DNA of 64,000 nt, from assembly GCA_041687805.1 (NCBI GenBank), contig JBDNJK010000121.1, positions 19,222 through 83,221 on the forward strand. The letters run 5' to 3'. Below the pieces are notes generated by a model. The model searched no databases and was not told where the DNA came from. It saw only the letters and a program-made list of their open reading frames with translations. The DNA comes from Acidimicrobiales bacterium (GTDB lineage Bacteria > Actinomycetota > Acidimicrobiia > Acidimicrobiales > Aldehydirespiratoraceae). Of this stretch, positions 8,565-17,464 are shown piece by piece (within the stretch, counting starts at the first letter, position 1; each line of letters begins with the position of its first letter). The position numbers and the translations under genes were made by a program.

Positions 8565-9839
8565 TCAAGCCATGGCCCGCAGAGCTGCAGCGACCTCGGA
8601 GTCGTCTGATGGGTGGATGGTCCGCAGGTCGACGATCGTGTGTTGCTCGACAACGCGGGCGATGATCGGTCGGGACAACTCGCGAAGATCGTCGCGGTGA
8701 TCGCCAGAAATCAAGATCCCGATCGATGGAATCTCAACTCCGGGAAGTGTGCCGCCGCCAGGCGTTGCCAACGTGTCGATGACTTTGCCGACCTTGTAGC
8801 TGTCGGCCCGCAACTTGAGCTCTTCTGTGGAGATCGTGGCCATCCGCCAGAATGGGATGTCGAGGCCGTCGCCGTGCAGGTAGGCGAGTGCGGTGGACTG
8901 AAGCGCCGCGAGCACGAGGGATCCGGGCCGCAGGGCTCGTGCGAGTGGATGACTGGAACATTTGGCGATGAGATCGGCCTGCCCGGCGATCACTCCGGCC
9001 TGTGGCCCGCCAAAAAGTTTGTCGCCAGAGAAGGTGACCAAAGCGGCGCCCGACTCGAGTGCCTGCCGTGCCGACGGCTCCTGGGCGAGCCACGGGAGTG
9101 GGCCACCGTCTAGCCAAGGGCAGCGACTGTCGAGCAGACCAGATCCGATGTCGGCCACGAGGGGAGGCCCGAGATCGCTCAGCTGAGCGGTGGTCGGGGC
9201 TTCGGTGAATCCCACGATGCGGTAGTTGGATTGGTGGACCTGCAACACAGCGGCGATGTCGTTGGCGGCATCATCGATCGCACTCTTGAAATCGGCGCGC
9301 CGGGTGCGATTTGTAGTGCCTACTTCCACCAGCCGCGCTCCTGAACGCGTCATCACGTCGGGTATGCGGAATCCGCCTCCGATCTCGACCATCTCGCTTC
9401 GCGACACTGCCACGCCATGGCCCTCGGCGAGAGCGGCTACAACGAGCAGCACTGCAGCGGCGCAATTGTTGACAACGAGGGCGGCTTCGGCTCCGCACGC
9501 CTTTGCAATGAGAGCAGGGGCCGTCGACATTCGCGACCCGCGTTGCCCTGTTGTGAGGTCGAGTTCGAGATTGGTGTAGCTCTCGTCTTGATGCCAGGTG
9601 ATTGGCGCCCGTCCGAGATTTGTGTGCAGCAGCGTTCCAGTGGCATTTATCACCGGAGTGAGCATCTGGCGTTGCATGGATCGTGCGATGCTCGCAGCCT
9701 CATCGGGTGACCCGTTTGCGATGGCCTGTCTGGCGGCCTCAACCAGCATTGGATGCGGCAAACCAGAGTCGGCCAGAGATCTGGCGAGACGGTCGACCGA
9801 AGGTGGTCGCTCTGGTTGGGGTTGGTCGGATCCTGCCAC
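8565..9839 (-). CDS. selA: L-seryl-tRNA(Sec) selenium transferase
   Basis: 424 aa. PLP-lysine motif FSGDKLFGGPQAG and N-terminal SVDRL motif. Confidence 0.85.
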   Translation of the reverse strand: MAGSDQPQPERPPSVDRLARSLADSGLPHPMLVEAARQAIANGSPDEAASIARSMQRQMLTPVINATGTLLHTNLGRAPITWHQDESYTNLELDLTTGQRGSRMSTAPALIAKACGAEAALVVNNCAAAVLLVVAALAEGHGVAVSRSEMVEIGGGFRIPDVMTRSGARLVEVGTTNRTRRADFKSAIDDAANDIAAVLQVHQSNYRIVGFTEAPTTAQLSDLGPPLVADIGSGLLDSRCPWLDGGPLPWLAQEPSARQALESGAALVTFSGDKLFGGPQAGVIAGQADLIAKCSSHPLARALRPGSLVLAALQSTALAYLHGDGLDIPFWRMATISTEELKLRADSYKVGKVIDTLATPGGGTLPGVEIPSIGILISGDHRDDLRELSRPIIARVVEQHTIVDLRTIHPSDDSEVAAALRAMA

Positions 9840-9882
9840 GGTCGCGCCAGCCTATGTGGCTTGTGGCCCCTACGATGAAGCC

Positions 9883-10380
9883 GTGTTCGTGATCATTCTG
9901 CTGCTATTTCTGGCTGTGCCCATCGTCGAGATCTATCTGGTTGTCCAGGTCGGGTCGTCGTTGGGTGTCCTGCCAACAATCGCGCTGCTCGTTCTTATCA
10001 GCACCACCGGAGCATGGTTGCTGCGTCACCAAGGGTTGAGCGTGCTGGCACGAATTCAATCGAAGCTGGCCCACGGCGAGATGCCCGGCAAGGAACTCGT
10101 CGATGGTCTATTGATCGTTTTCGCCGGTGCGCTGATACTCACCCCGGGTTTCATGACCGACGGTTTCGGCATCTTTTTGATGCTTCCACCCACGCGCGCG
10201 ATTGTGCGGATTGCTTTGATGCGCAGGTTCGGCGTCCGGGTCGCTTCTGGCGGCGGGTCATACGGCCCGGACGGGTTCTCCAGATGGGGTGGCCCGAACC
10301 ATGTCGGAGATTTCTGGGTCTCGTCCGATGACGACCAGGCTGGCAACCAAATAATTGAGCTCCAACCCCCGGAAGACTAA
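9883..10380 (+). CDS. fxsA: FxsA-family membrane protein
   Basis: PIVEIYLVVQVG...LTPGFMTDGFG is typical of FxsA/UPF0716. Start at GTG 9883 or 9889. Confidence 0.7.
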   Translation: MFVIILLLFLAVPIVEIYLVVQVGSSLGVLPTIALLVLISTTGAWLLRHQGLSVLARIQSKLAHGEMPGKELVDGLLIVFAGALILTPGFMTDGFGIFLMLPPTRAIVRIALMRRFGVRVASGGGSYGPDGFSRWGGPNHVGDFWVSSDDDQAGNQIIELQPPED

Positions 10381-10389
10381 ATGCGCCGT

Positions 10390-11967
10390 TCAGTCTTCGA
10401 CTGCAGGCGACTGGCTGCTGATCAACTGGGTGAGGGTTGTGTGGTCGACCGGCGGCGAGAACATGTAGCCCTGACCAAATCGGCATCCGATATCGGCCGC
10501 GGCTTGACGATCGGCTTCGGTCTCGATGCCCAACGCACACACGTCGATACCGCGATCGTTGATGGCATCGACCACAAGCTTGGCTCGTGAGCGTCCTCTG
10601 TCGGTGTGAATTGCTTGGATCATCCTTCGATCGAGCTTCACGGAGTCGACTGATACTTGGTTGACGTATTCGCCTTCCATGGTGTTGGACAAGCCATCGA
10701 TCACCACGGCCACGCCCAATGCATGAAGTTGTCTCATGAGGCGAACTCCGCTGCCAGCGCCTCTCAGCCCCGCCGGGCGTATCTCGAGGTGGATCTGCTC
10801 TGCGGTTGCGCCCGCGTTGTGGAGAGTTCGCGCCAGTGACAGAGGGAAGCGGCTGTCGGAGAGCCGCTGGTCCGAAATGTTGATCGACATGTATGTCGGG
10901 TTGGCCGAATAATCTGGAATCGACTTGAGTGTCGTCAGAGCGTGACGCAAAACTGTGTCTTCGATACGTCGGATGAGGCCACTGTCTTCGGCCGCGGCAA
11001 CGAGCACACGCGGATCGAGATAGCTGCCGTCTTCACCTTTGATTCTCAGTAGAGCCTCGGCTCCGATGATGTGTCCGGAATTGAGTTCCACAATTGGCTG
11101 GTAGTGGACTTCAATGGCGTCGTTGTCCAGTGCGTGGCGAAGTTTCTGATCGACACTCAGGCGTGATTCCGAACGGCCACGGAGGTCATCGTCGAACAAC
11201 TCGCAGCGGTCTCTCCCAAGAGCTTTTGCGGTGTAGAGCGCAGTTTCCGATTCCCGAAGCAGTGTTGCGCCGTCAGATTTCCTCTCGCCGATGGCGTACC
11301 CCATCGAGAGTGTGGGGCCAGACAACTCTGAGTCGGCGCCAGTATCGGCGCACACAGATCGGAAGCGTTCGGCGAGGGTTGACGCTTCCGCTGGTCCCAT
11401 CACATCTGGGCAGACGATGGCGAAGCCGTCGCCTCCAACCCGTGCCAAGAAATCGTCGGGTCGAATCAGATCTGAAAGCCTGGAAGCAAGAAGTGTGAGT
11501 ATCAGATCACCTTCCTCGTATCCGTTGGTGTCGTTCACCGCCTTGAACCGGTCGATATCGGCATTGAATACGCCGACGCCTTGTCCACCATTGGCGTGAT
11601 TGGCGATGATCGACTCGACCTCGGCCAAGAATTGACTCCGGACCGGAAGCCCGGTCAGCGCATCGAATCCCAGTGTGATCGTGGGGTCCGCGATCGTCAC
11701 GTCGACCTTGCCCTTGCATGCGGTCACAGTGATCTCAACCTGGCGGTCGCGTCCCGTCGAGTCTTCATGGACTCGACCGACGATGGTTGCGGAGAATTCG
11801 GCTGTGGCGCGTGCTCCGTGGCGAAGCATTACGTCGAGCGCCTCGGTGTCGTCGTGGTGCAGGCCGGCTGGGAGCGCGATCGAGTCAAGGTGTGGTCGTT
11901 GGCTCGTTCGAGCATTTTCAACTCTGTTGGCCGTCGCCAGACGGCGATCCCACGTGGTCATGGTCAA
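10390..11967 (-). CDS. GGDEF-EAL domain protein (c-di-GMP signalling)
   Basis: RPDD...GGDGF (I-site present, A-site altered) followed by an EAL domain (GAEALLR, KLD, GQGY). The first ~100 aa are an unrecognised N-terminal domain. Confidence 0.85.
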   Translation of the reverse strand: MTMTTWDRRLATANRVENARTSQRPHLDSIALPAGLHHDDTEALDVMLRHGARATAEFSATIVGRVHEDSTGRDRQVEITVTACKGKVDVTIADPTITLGFDALTGLPVRSQFLAEVESIIANHANGGQGVGVFNADIDRFKAVNDTNGYEEGDLILTLLASRLSDLIRPDDFLARVGGDGFAIVCPDVMGPAEASTLAERFRSVCADTGADSELSGPTLSMGYAIGERKSDGATLLRESETALYTAKALGRDRCELFDDDLRGRSESRLSVDQKLRHALDNDAIEVHYQPIVELNSGHIIGAEALLRIKGEDGSYLDPRVLVAAAEDSGLIRRIEDTVLRHALTTLKSIPDYSANPTYMSINISDQRLSDSRFPLSLARTLHNAGATAEQIHLEIRPAGLRGAGSGVRLMRQLHALGVAVVIDGLSNTMEGEYVNQVSVDSVKLDRRMIQAIHTDRGRSRAKLVVDAINDRGIDVCALGIETEADRQAAADIGCRFGQGYMFSPPVDHTTLTQLISSQSPAVED

Positions 11968-12048
11968 CCCTGCACTTTGAACTGTCCTACCTACTGTCGG
12001 CAGCGAGGTTCCAAAGTCGAGCTACTCGCTCAGCGGCGCTGAATTGAG

Positions 12049-13129
12049 TTAGTTGCTCTCCGGAATTGAATTGTCGACAGCATCCAATGCTGCGACTGCT
12101 GCGTCGAGCATTCGGGCGCTGCATCCAGCCATTTCAACGGGCGGTATGTGTTCGGCAACGAGTGAAGTCGTGATCGAACGGAACGCGATCGAAGCAGCGC
12201 TGTCTCCCATGACTGCTGGGGTGCCGGTGTCGCCACCGCTTGAGACCTGGGGTTCTAAAGGTATTGAACCAAGCAGCGGGGCTCCGATATCGGCAGCCAA
12301 CTGCGCACCTCCACCAGTGCCGAAGAGCGCGTGTCTCGATCCGTCGGGTGCCACAAATTCACTCATGTTCTCGATCACGCCAACAATGCGAAGATAGTTT
12401 TTCCGGCCCATGTCTGCGACCCTGGCGGCATGTCGATCAGGAGGTAGTCGAGATCGGCTGGCCATGCGACGTCTTGGCAGAAGTGTTGGACTGCTCGGTT
12501 CAACATCAGGCCGCGCCACATCAGGGCAGAATCTTCGCGATCTACGAGGTAACCCATCGACACAACATCGAGACGGCCGTCGCCGATGCTGCGGGACACC
12601 GGGGTGATTTTGCCGGCCGTGGCGAACAAGTCGCCGTTGACTCCCAGCATTCTCGGCACGGAGAAGCCCCAGATGTCGGCATCCATGACCCCGACGTTGA
12701 AGCCGGAGTCGGCCAAGGCCGCGGCCAGGTTGGTCGTGACCGATGACTTGCCGACTCCACCCTTGCCCGAGGCGATCATGATGACCTTCGCCGTGGCTGG
12801 GATGGCGGTGTCCGGCTCGTCCTTGCTGATGTTGAAGCGGGCCTTCGACATCGCCGTTTTCTTCTCGTCGGCGGTGAGTTCGCCCCAGTTGATCTTCACT
12901 CGGTCCACACCGGGAAGACCCTCAAGCCGACTGCGTATGTCTTTTGAATCTGTGCTCTGAGCGGGCAACCACCGGTGGTGAGAGCGATCTCGAGGAGCAC
13001 AACACCGCCGTCTATCTGCACAGAACGAGCCATGCCGAGATCGACGATGTCGCTGCCTAGCTCGGGGTCGATCACACCGCGTAGGAGCCCGAACACGTTG
13101 TCGGGGGTTGGCGCCGGAGTGGTTGCCAC
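12049..13129 (-). pseudogene. Mrp/ApbC Fe-S cluster carrier ATPase, disrupted (two frame changes including an internal deletion)
   Basis: Three consecutive minus-strand ORFs (12896..13129, 12375..12968, 12049..12519) together spell one Mrp: a DUF59 N-domain, then SGKGGVGKSS...LLIDMPPG, then RVADMGRKNYLRIVGVIENMS.... Breaks lie at the T-run 12942-12945 and near 12417-12424. Confidence 0.7.
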
Positions 13130-13278
13130 GGGTCGAGCCTAATGGCTCGGTCGCGCCCTAACAGGTGGGAGAGGTTTGTGCCAAGTCGTGCTGGCGCAGT
13201 TGCCGATGGAATAGATGAAGCTATGGTTCCGTTCACTGGTTGTGCGGGAATTGACCCCCGCCGAGAGGAGACCTGATC

Positions 13279-13599
13279 ATGATTACCCTTACCGACGTTG
13301 CCGCCAGCAAGGTGAGCGAACTGATCGAAGCCGAAGGTGAAGAGGGCTTGGCACTTCGAGTGGCCGTCCGCCCCGGTGGATGTTCAGGATTTTCCTACGA
13401 CATGTTTTTCGATGCCGACGTGGCCGATGATGATGTGAAGACGACCTACGGTTCGATCAGTGTGGTGGTCGATTCGTCTTCAGCTCAAATGCTTAACGGC
13501 GCTACGCTCGATTACAAGGACGGCCTTAAGGGCGCGGGGTTCTCGATCGACAACCCCAACGCACAAAGCAGCTGTGGCTGTGGCAACAGCTTCAGCTGA
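13279..13599 (+). CDS. HesB/IscA-family iron-sulfur cluster insertion protein
   Basis: 106 aa ending in the family signature CGCGNSFS. GAGAGGAG SD upstream. Confidence 0.85.
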   Translation: MITLTDVAASKVSELIEAEGEEGLALRVAVRPGGCSGFSYDMFFDADVADDDVKTTYGSISVVVDSSSAQMLNGATLDYKDGLKGAGFSIDNPNAQSSCGCGNSFS

Positions 13600-13614
13600 A
13601 CTACTTTCGGCGGC

Positions 13615-14568
13615 GTGACAAAACACGCCTTCGACCCAGAATTTTTGCCATACATAGACTTGCTTCCAGTCGAGTCGGATTTCTCGACTGCCGGCAGCGT
13701 GGGAGAGGTCAGACTCGCCAGAGAAGAGTGGTACTCGGCCGACTCGACTGATCGAGTCGACGTTTCGATCTCCGAGATGTCAATACCTGGTGACGACGCC
13801 GGCTCGGAGATCCCACTGCGCGTCTATCGACCTACCAGCGCCGCACACGGCACTCGAGCTGCGGTCATGGAAATACACGGCGGCGGGTTCATGATCGGAT
13901 CTCTGGAAATGGTCGATCCGTTTTGCCAGCTGGTTTCCAGCGCCACGGGTGCCGTCGTCGTTTCTGTTGACTATCGACTCGCCCCGGAACATCCTTATCC
14001 GGCCCCAGTCGACGACTGCTACATCGCCCTCGTGTGGATGGCCGATCACGCTGCCGAATTGGGGATCGACCCGGAGCGAATAGCCATCGCCGGCCAGAGC
14101 GGCGGCGCCGGGCTAGCCGCGGCCACAGCACTGATGGCGCGAGATCGCAACGGCCCGGCCATCTGTTTCCAGTGGTTGGAGATTCCTGAGCTCGATGATC
14201 GCCTCGCCACAGAGTCGATGATCGACTACGTCGACACACCCGTGTGGAATCGGCCCAATGCGGTCTGGAGCTGGAAGCATTACCTGGCTGGAATTGATGG
14301 TGACGACGTGCCTGCGTATGCGGCGCCGGCTCGTGCCATCGACCTGTCTGGATTGCCGGCTGCCTACATCACAGTGATGCAGTTCGACCCGCTACGAGAC
14401 GAGGGCATCGAATATGCCCGACGTCTCATGCATGCGGGAGTGCATGCCGAACTACACGCGTACCCGGGCACGTTTCACGGGTCGACGCTGCTGAGCGATG
14501 TTGAGGTGTCACGACGTGGCACCGCCGACTCGATTGCTGCGGTCACTCGGGCGCTCAGACCGCGGTAA
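13615..14568 (+). CDS. alpha/beta hydrolase, hormone-sensitive-lipase-like esterase
   Basis: HGGGF oxyanion motif and GQSGGAGLA nucleophile elbow. Confidence 0.8.
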   Translation: MTKHAFDPEFLPYIDLLPVESDFSTAGSVGEVRLAREEWYSADSTDRVDVSISEMSIPGDDAGSEIPLRVYRPTSAAHGTRAAVMEIHGGGFMIGSLEMVDPFCQLVSSATGAVVVSVDYRLAPEHPYPAPVDDCYIALVWMADHAAELGIDPERIAIAGQSGGAGLAAATALMARDRNGPAICFQWLEIPELDDRLATESMIDYVDTPVWNRPNAVWSWKHYLAGIDGDDVPAYAAPARAIDLSGLPAAYITVMQFDPLRDEGIEYARRLMHAGVHAELHAYPGTFHGSTLLSDVEVSRRGTADSIAAVTRALRPR

Positions 14569-15460
14569 GGGCGGTGGCGAGTTCGCTGCGATCCCAGATA
14601 GTCGACAGCGTTGACATGATCTCCGCCGACGCATCGGCGACGTAGATGACCGGCTCGAACGGCAGCTCATTGATCTGGACCGCGGGCGTGGTGTCTGGGA
14701 ACTTTCCTGTCTGGAAGATCGAGGGGTCGGTATAGACCTCGGCATGGATGAAGTCGATGTCGGAGCGACTGGGTGCTGCATCGATCAGCAGGTCGACCAC
14801 CGGACCGCAAATCTCGGTTTGGCAGAACCCGGGTGTGGCGATCAGCAGCACGGTCGGTCGTCCGTTGTCGAGCACGTCGGTGAGATTTTGCTCATGGAAC
14901 GGGCATGGCACGGCGCGTGTGCAAATCGGCTCGACGCCGCGATGGTTCTCCAAAGTGGGTGTGTCGACCGATCGCATCTGATCACCGACGAATGGCACGG
15001 CCACATCAGACTTGTCGCTGACTATGAACTCGAGTGGATCGACGGCAGGGAAGTCGGGGAGTGATGCCTCGTATCGTCCGATTTTGGGCGGGGTGAACAC
15101 GATAGGGAAGTAGGGGGTGATGATTCCGTCACCGTGTTTTTGTGTTTTGCCGCCGCCAACCTCGACCCCATCCTGTTTGACAACGATGTTGGCAGTGTCG
15201 GGAGCATTCGACCGCATGAAGTCGACGTCGTCACGAAGTATGAAGGTGATCCTTTGCGGGGTGCCAGGGACTGTGACCGAATCGCCGCTGGTACCGACCG
15301 CAAACGCGGGATAGAGGAAGGCAGGTTCGCCGGATCCGGCGGCTTCTGCTGATGTGGTGTCGGATGATCCGGCCCCGCATGCAGCGAGCAAGCCGGTGCC
15401 GAGGGTGGCGGTCAAGAATGTTCTGCGATTGATAGTGCTCACGGGGCCGGACCGTACCAT
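14555..15460 (-). CDS. Tat-exported lipoprotein with thioredoxin-like C-terminal region
   Basis: INRRTFLTATLGTGLLAAC (twin-arginine plus lipobox). ATPGFCQTEICGP has a redoxin-like Cys pair. ATG at 15460 preferred. Confidence 0.55.
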   Translation of the reverse strand: MVRSGPVSTINRRTFLTATLGTGLLAACGAGSSDTTSAEAAGSGEPAFLYPAFAVGTSGDSVTVPGTPQRITFILRDDVDFMRSNAPDTANIVVKQDGVEVGGGKTQKHGDGIITPYFPIVFTPPKIGRYEASLPDFPAVDPLEFIVSDKSDVAVPFVGDQMRSVDTPTLENHRGVEPICTRAVPCPFHEQNLTDVLDNGRPTVLLIATPGFCQTEICGPVVDLLIDAAPSRSDIDFIHAEVYTDPSIFQTGKFPDTTPAVQINELPFEPVIYVADASAEIMSTLSTIWDRSELATALTAV

Positions 15461-15467
15461 TGCGCAA

Positions 15468-17027
15468 ATGACTACCGAACCACGCGAAGGCGTCGAAATC
15501 ACTGTCGACGGCCGCGTGGTGAAGGTGGATGATCAAGGCGCAAGTCTCCTCGACGTGCTCCGTGACCAACTGGGAATCACCTCGGTCAAGGATGGATGCA
15601 GCCCTCAGGGACAATGTGGCTGTTGCACTGTTCTGATTGATGGCCAGCCCAGGGTGTCGTGTGTTACCCCCGTGCGGAGAGTTCGCGGCCGTGAGATCAC
15701 CACTGTCGATGGTCTCGACACCAGCGTGGCCGACAAGTGGGCTGAAGCTTTCTATTCAACCGGTGGGAGCCAGTGCGGATTTTGCACTCCGGGCATCATC
15801 TGCCGGTTCGAAGGGTTGCGCGCCCGAGGTGTCGATCACCAAAACCGTGACGCCGCTGCGAAGGCGTTGCAGGCACATCTGTGCAGATGCACCGGGTGGC
15901 AGACCATTGTCGATGCCTGGAGTGCGTTCGGCGAGGAATCCCACGTCCGGCCGGCGTCGACTTCCAACGACTCCGAGCGTCGGGCTGAGATAGAGGGCCG
16001 GTCGTCACAGCTCGTTGATCCTTCGGTTGCGCTCGGTCGCGGGGGATTCGCCGATGACACCGCTCCGGAAGACTCACTCATCGCTGTTCGCATGGCAGAT
16101 GATTCGGGTTGGGCCGTGGCCGAGAGTCGGTCGGTTGCGCTGCGTGAGGCCGGCAAGGTGCAGGGGCGCCGCACTACCGGGGAGTGGGGATCGCCGTTGG
16201 AGATACCGCCGGGAGATTGGGATCTCACGTTGGCCACCACTTGGGTTGAGCCGGCCTACCTCGAGACAGATGCGTCGTGGTGTGTGCCCGGCGGGAATCC
16301 AGTGTCGCCGATTGCCAACGGCGGTGCGTTCGGTGCGAAGACAAGCAGTGAAGTCGGTGATGTGGCGAGGCGGCTGGCTGACCAGCACGGTCGCCCGGTG
16401 AGGGTTATCTACACACGCGAGGACGCCGTGCGTAACGGGCCGAAGCGCCCGCCTATGGCGGCGGGACTTCGACGCGACGGAAGCGGCGTGATCAGGGTGG
16501 CCGCCACACCCGGGATTGACGATGCCATTCACTCAGTACTGCCGGACGTGCAGGTGGATGAGATTGAGGTAGCCGGACCGCCGACATCGGCAAATGTGAG
16601 GGGCGCGGGATGGGCCGAAGCGGTGGTCTTGTCGGCCGGTCTTCGTGGTGAGGTGGGGTGGATCGACTCGCCTTCAGGGGGCTCTGCCATGGCCTCGGTC
16701 AGACCAGACGGATCGATCGAAATTGAGGTTCGTTGCGGCTCGCATCTCGATGAGGTCGTGTTGCGGTCCTACTGCATAGGGGCGGCTCACATGGCGTTGT
16801 CGTGGGTGACGAGCGAATCGCTTTCGGTTGATCCTCACGGAGAGGTCCACGACCTCACGATTCGGTCATTCGGGGTGCTCAGAGCGGTCGACACTCCGAC
16901 CATCACGGTTCAGATTCACGAAGACGAAGGGCCCGCCGTCAACGGCAGTGACGCCGTTTTCGCAGCGGTTGCGGCCGCGGTCTGGCTGGATCTTGGGTTG
17001 CCGTCTCGATGGCCGCATACATTGTGA
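15468..17027 (+). CDS. fusion of a [2Fe-2S] CoxS-like domain with a shortened xanthine-dehydrogenase-family Mo-binding-like region
   Basis: CSPQGQCGCCTV...C and GGSQCGFCTPG...CRCTGW are the two 2Fe-2S motifs. Downstream GGAFGAK...RPVRVIYTREDA resembles the large-subunit motif. The protein totals only 519 aa. Confidence 0.65.
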   Translation: MTTEPREGVEITVDGRVVKVDDQGASLLDVLRDQLGITSVKDGCSPQGQCGCCTVLIDGQPRVSCVTPVRRVRGREITTVDGLDTSVADKWAEAFYSTGGSQCGFCTPGIICRFEGLRARGVDHQNRDAAAKALQAHLCRCTGWQTIVDAWSAFGEESHVRPASTSNDSERRAEIEGRSSQLVDPSVALGRGGFADDTAPEDSLIAVRMADDSGWAVAESRSVALREAGKVQGRRTTGEWGSPLEIPPGDWDLTLATTWVEPAYLETDASWCVPGGNPVSPIANGGAFGAKTSSEVGDVARRLADQHGRPVRVIYTREDAVRNGPKRPPMAAGLRRDGSGVIRVAATPGIDDAIHSVLPDVQVDEIEVAGPPTSANVRGAGWAEAVVLSAGLRGEVGWIDSPSGGSAMASVRPDGSIEIEVRCGSHLDEVVLRSYCIGAAHMALSWVTSESLSVDPHGEVHDLTIRSFGVLRAVDTPTITVQIHEDEGPAVNGSDAVFAAVAAAVWLDLGLPSRWPHTL

Positions 17028-17064
17028 ACAATCGAGCACTCTCACAACCGATCAGGAGATCATC

Positions 17065-17409
17065 ATGAGCAAGCCCGTGGGTCCCTACACCCCCATCGTT
17101 CGCGGTGGCGATCTGCTCTACACGTCGGGTCAGATCGGGATTGTCGCCGGTGCGATCGTGGAGGGCGGTCTCGAGGCCGAACTCCGACGGGCGTTCGTTA
17201 ATTTGCGCGAGGTGCTGTCTTCGGCCAACGCGTCGCTGTCCGATGTTGTGAAGACCACCGTATTCCTGGCCGATATTGGCGACTACGGCGCCATGAACAC
17301 GATCTACATGCAGGAGTTCGGCGATCATCGTCCGGCACGCTCCGCTGTGGCAGTTGCCGCGTTGCCTCTGGGGGCACGTGTTGAGATCGAGGCCGTAGCC
17401 ACCGTCTGA
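17065..17409 (+). CDS. RidA/YjgF-family reactive-intermediate deaminase
   Basis: PVGPYTP...LYTSGQIG...PARSAVAVAALPLGARVEIEAVA. AGGAG SD upstream. Confidence 0.85.
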   Translation: MSKPVGPYTPIVRGGDLLYTSGQIGIVAGAIVEGGLEAELRRAFVNLREVLSSANASLSDVVKTTVFLADIGDYGAMNTIYMQEFGDHRPARSAVAVAALPLGARVEIEAVATV

Positions 17410-17464
17410 AATCGAGCGGCCGTGTGGTGGGCTCTCATGCCAGATGGTGACGTAACCTCCCTGC

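Noticed and set aside
8537-8653. 5' extensions in the ORF track: selB to 8653, glnA to 21730, tilS to 42896, the LppM/HAD fusion to 58338, the ArsA gene to 5217, the ssd-like gene to 27420, and the FMN reductase to 2149 (across tRNA-Pro).
   Set aside because: The extensions overlap upstream genes or a tRNA and have non-protein-like composition. Internal starts with SD sequences reproduce the usual family N-termini.
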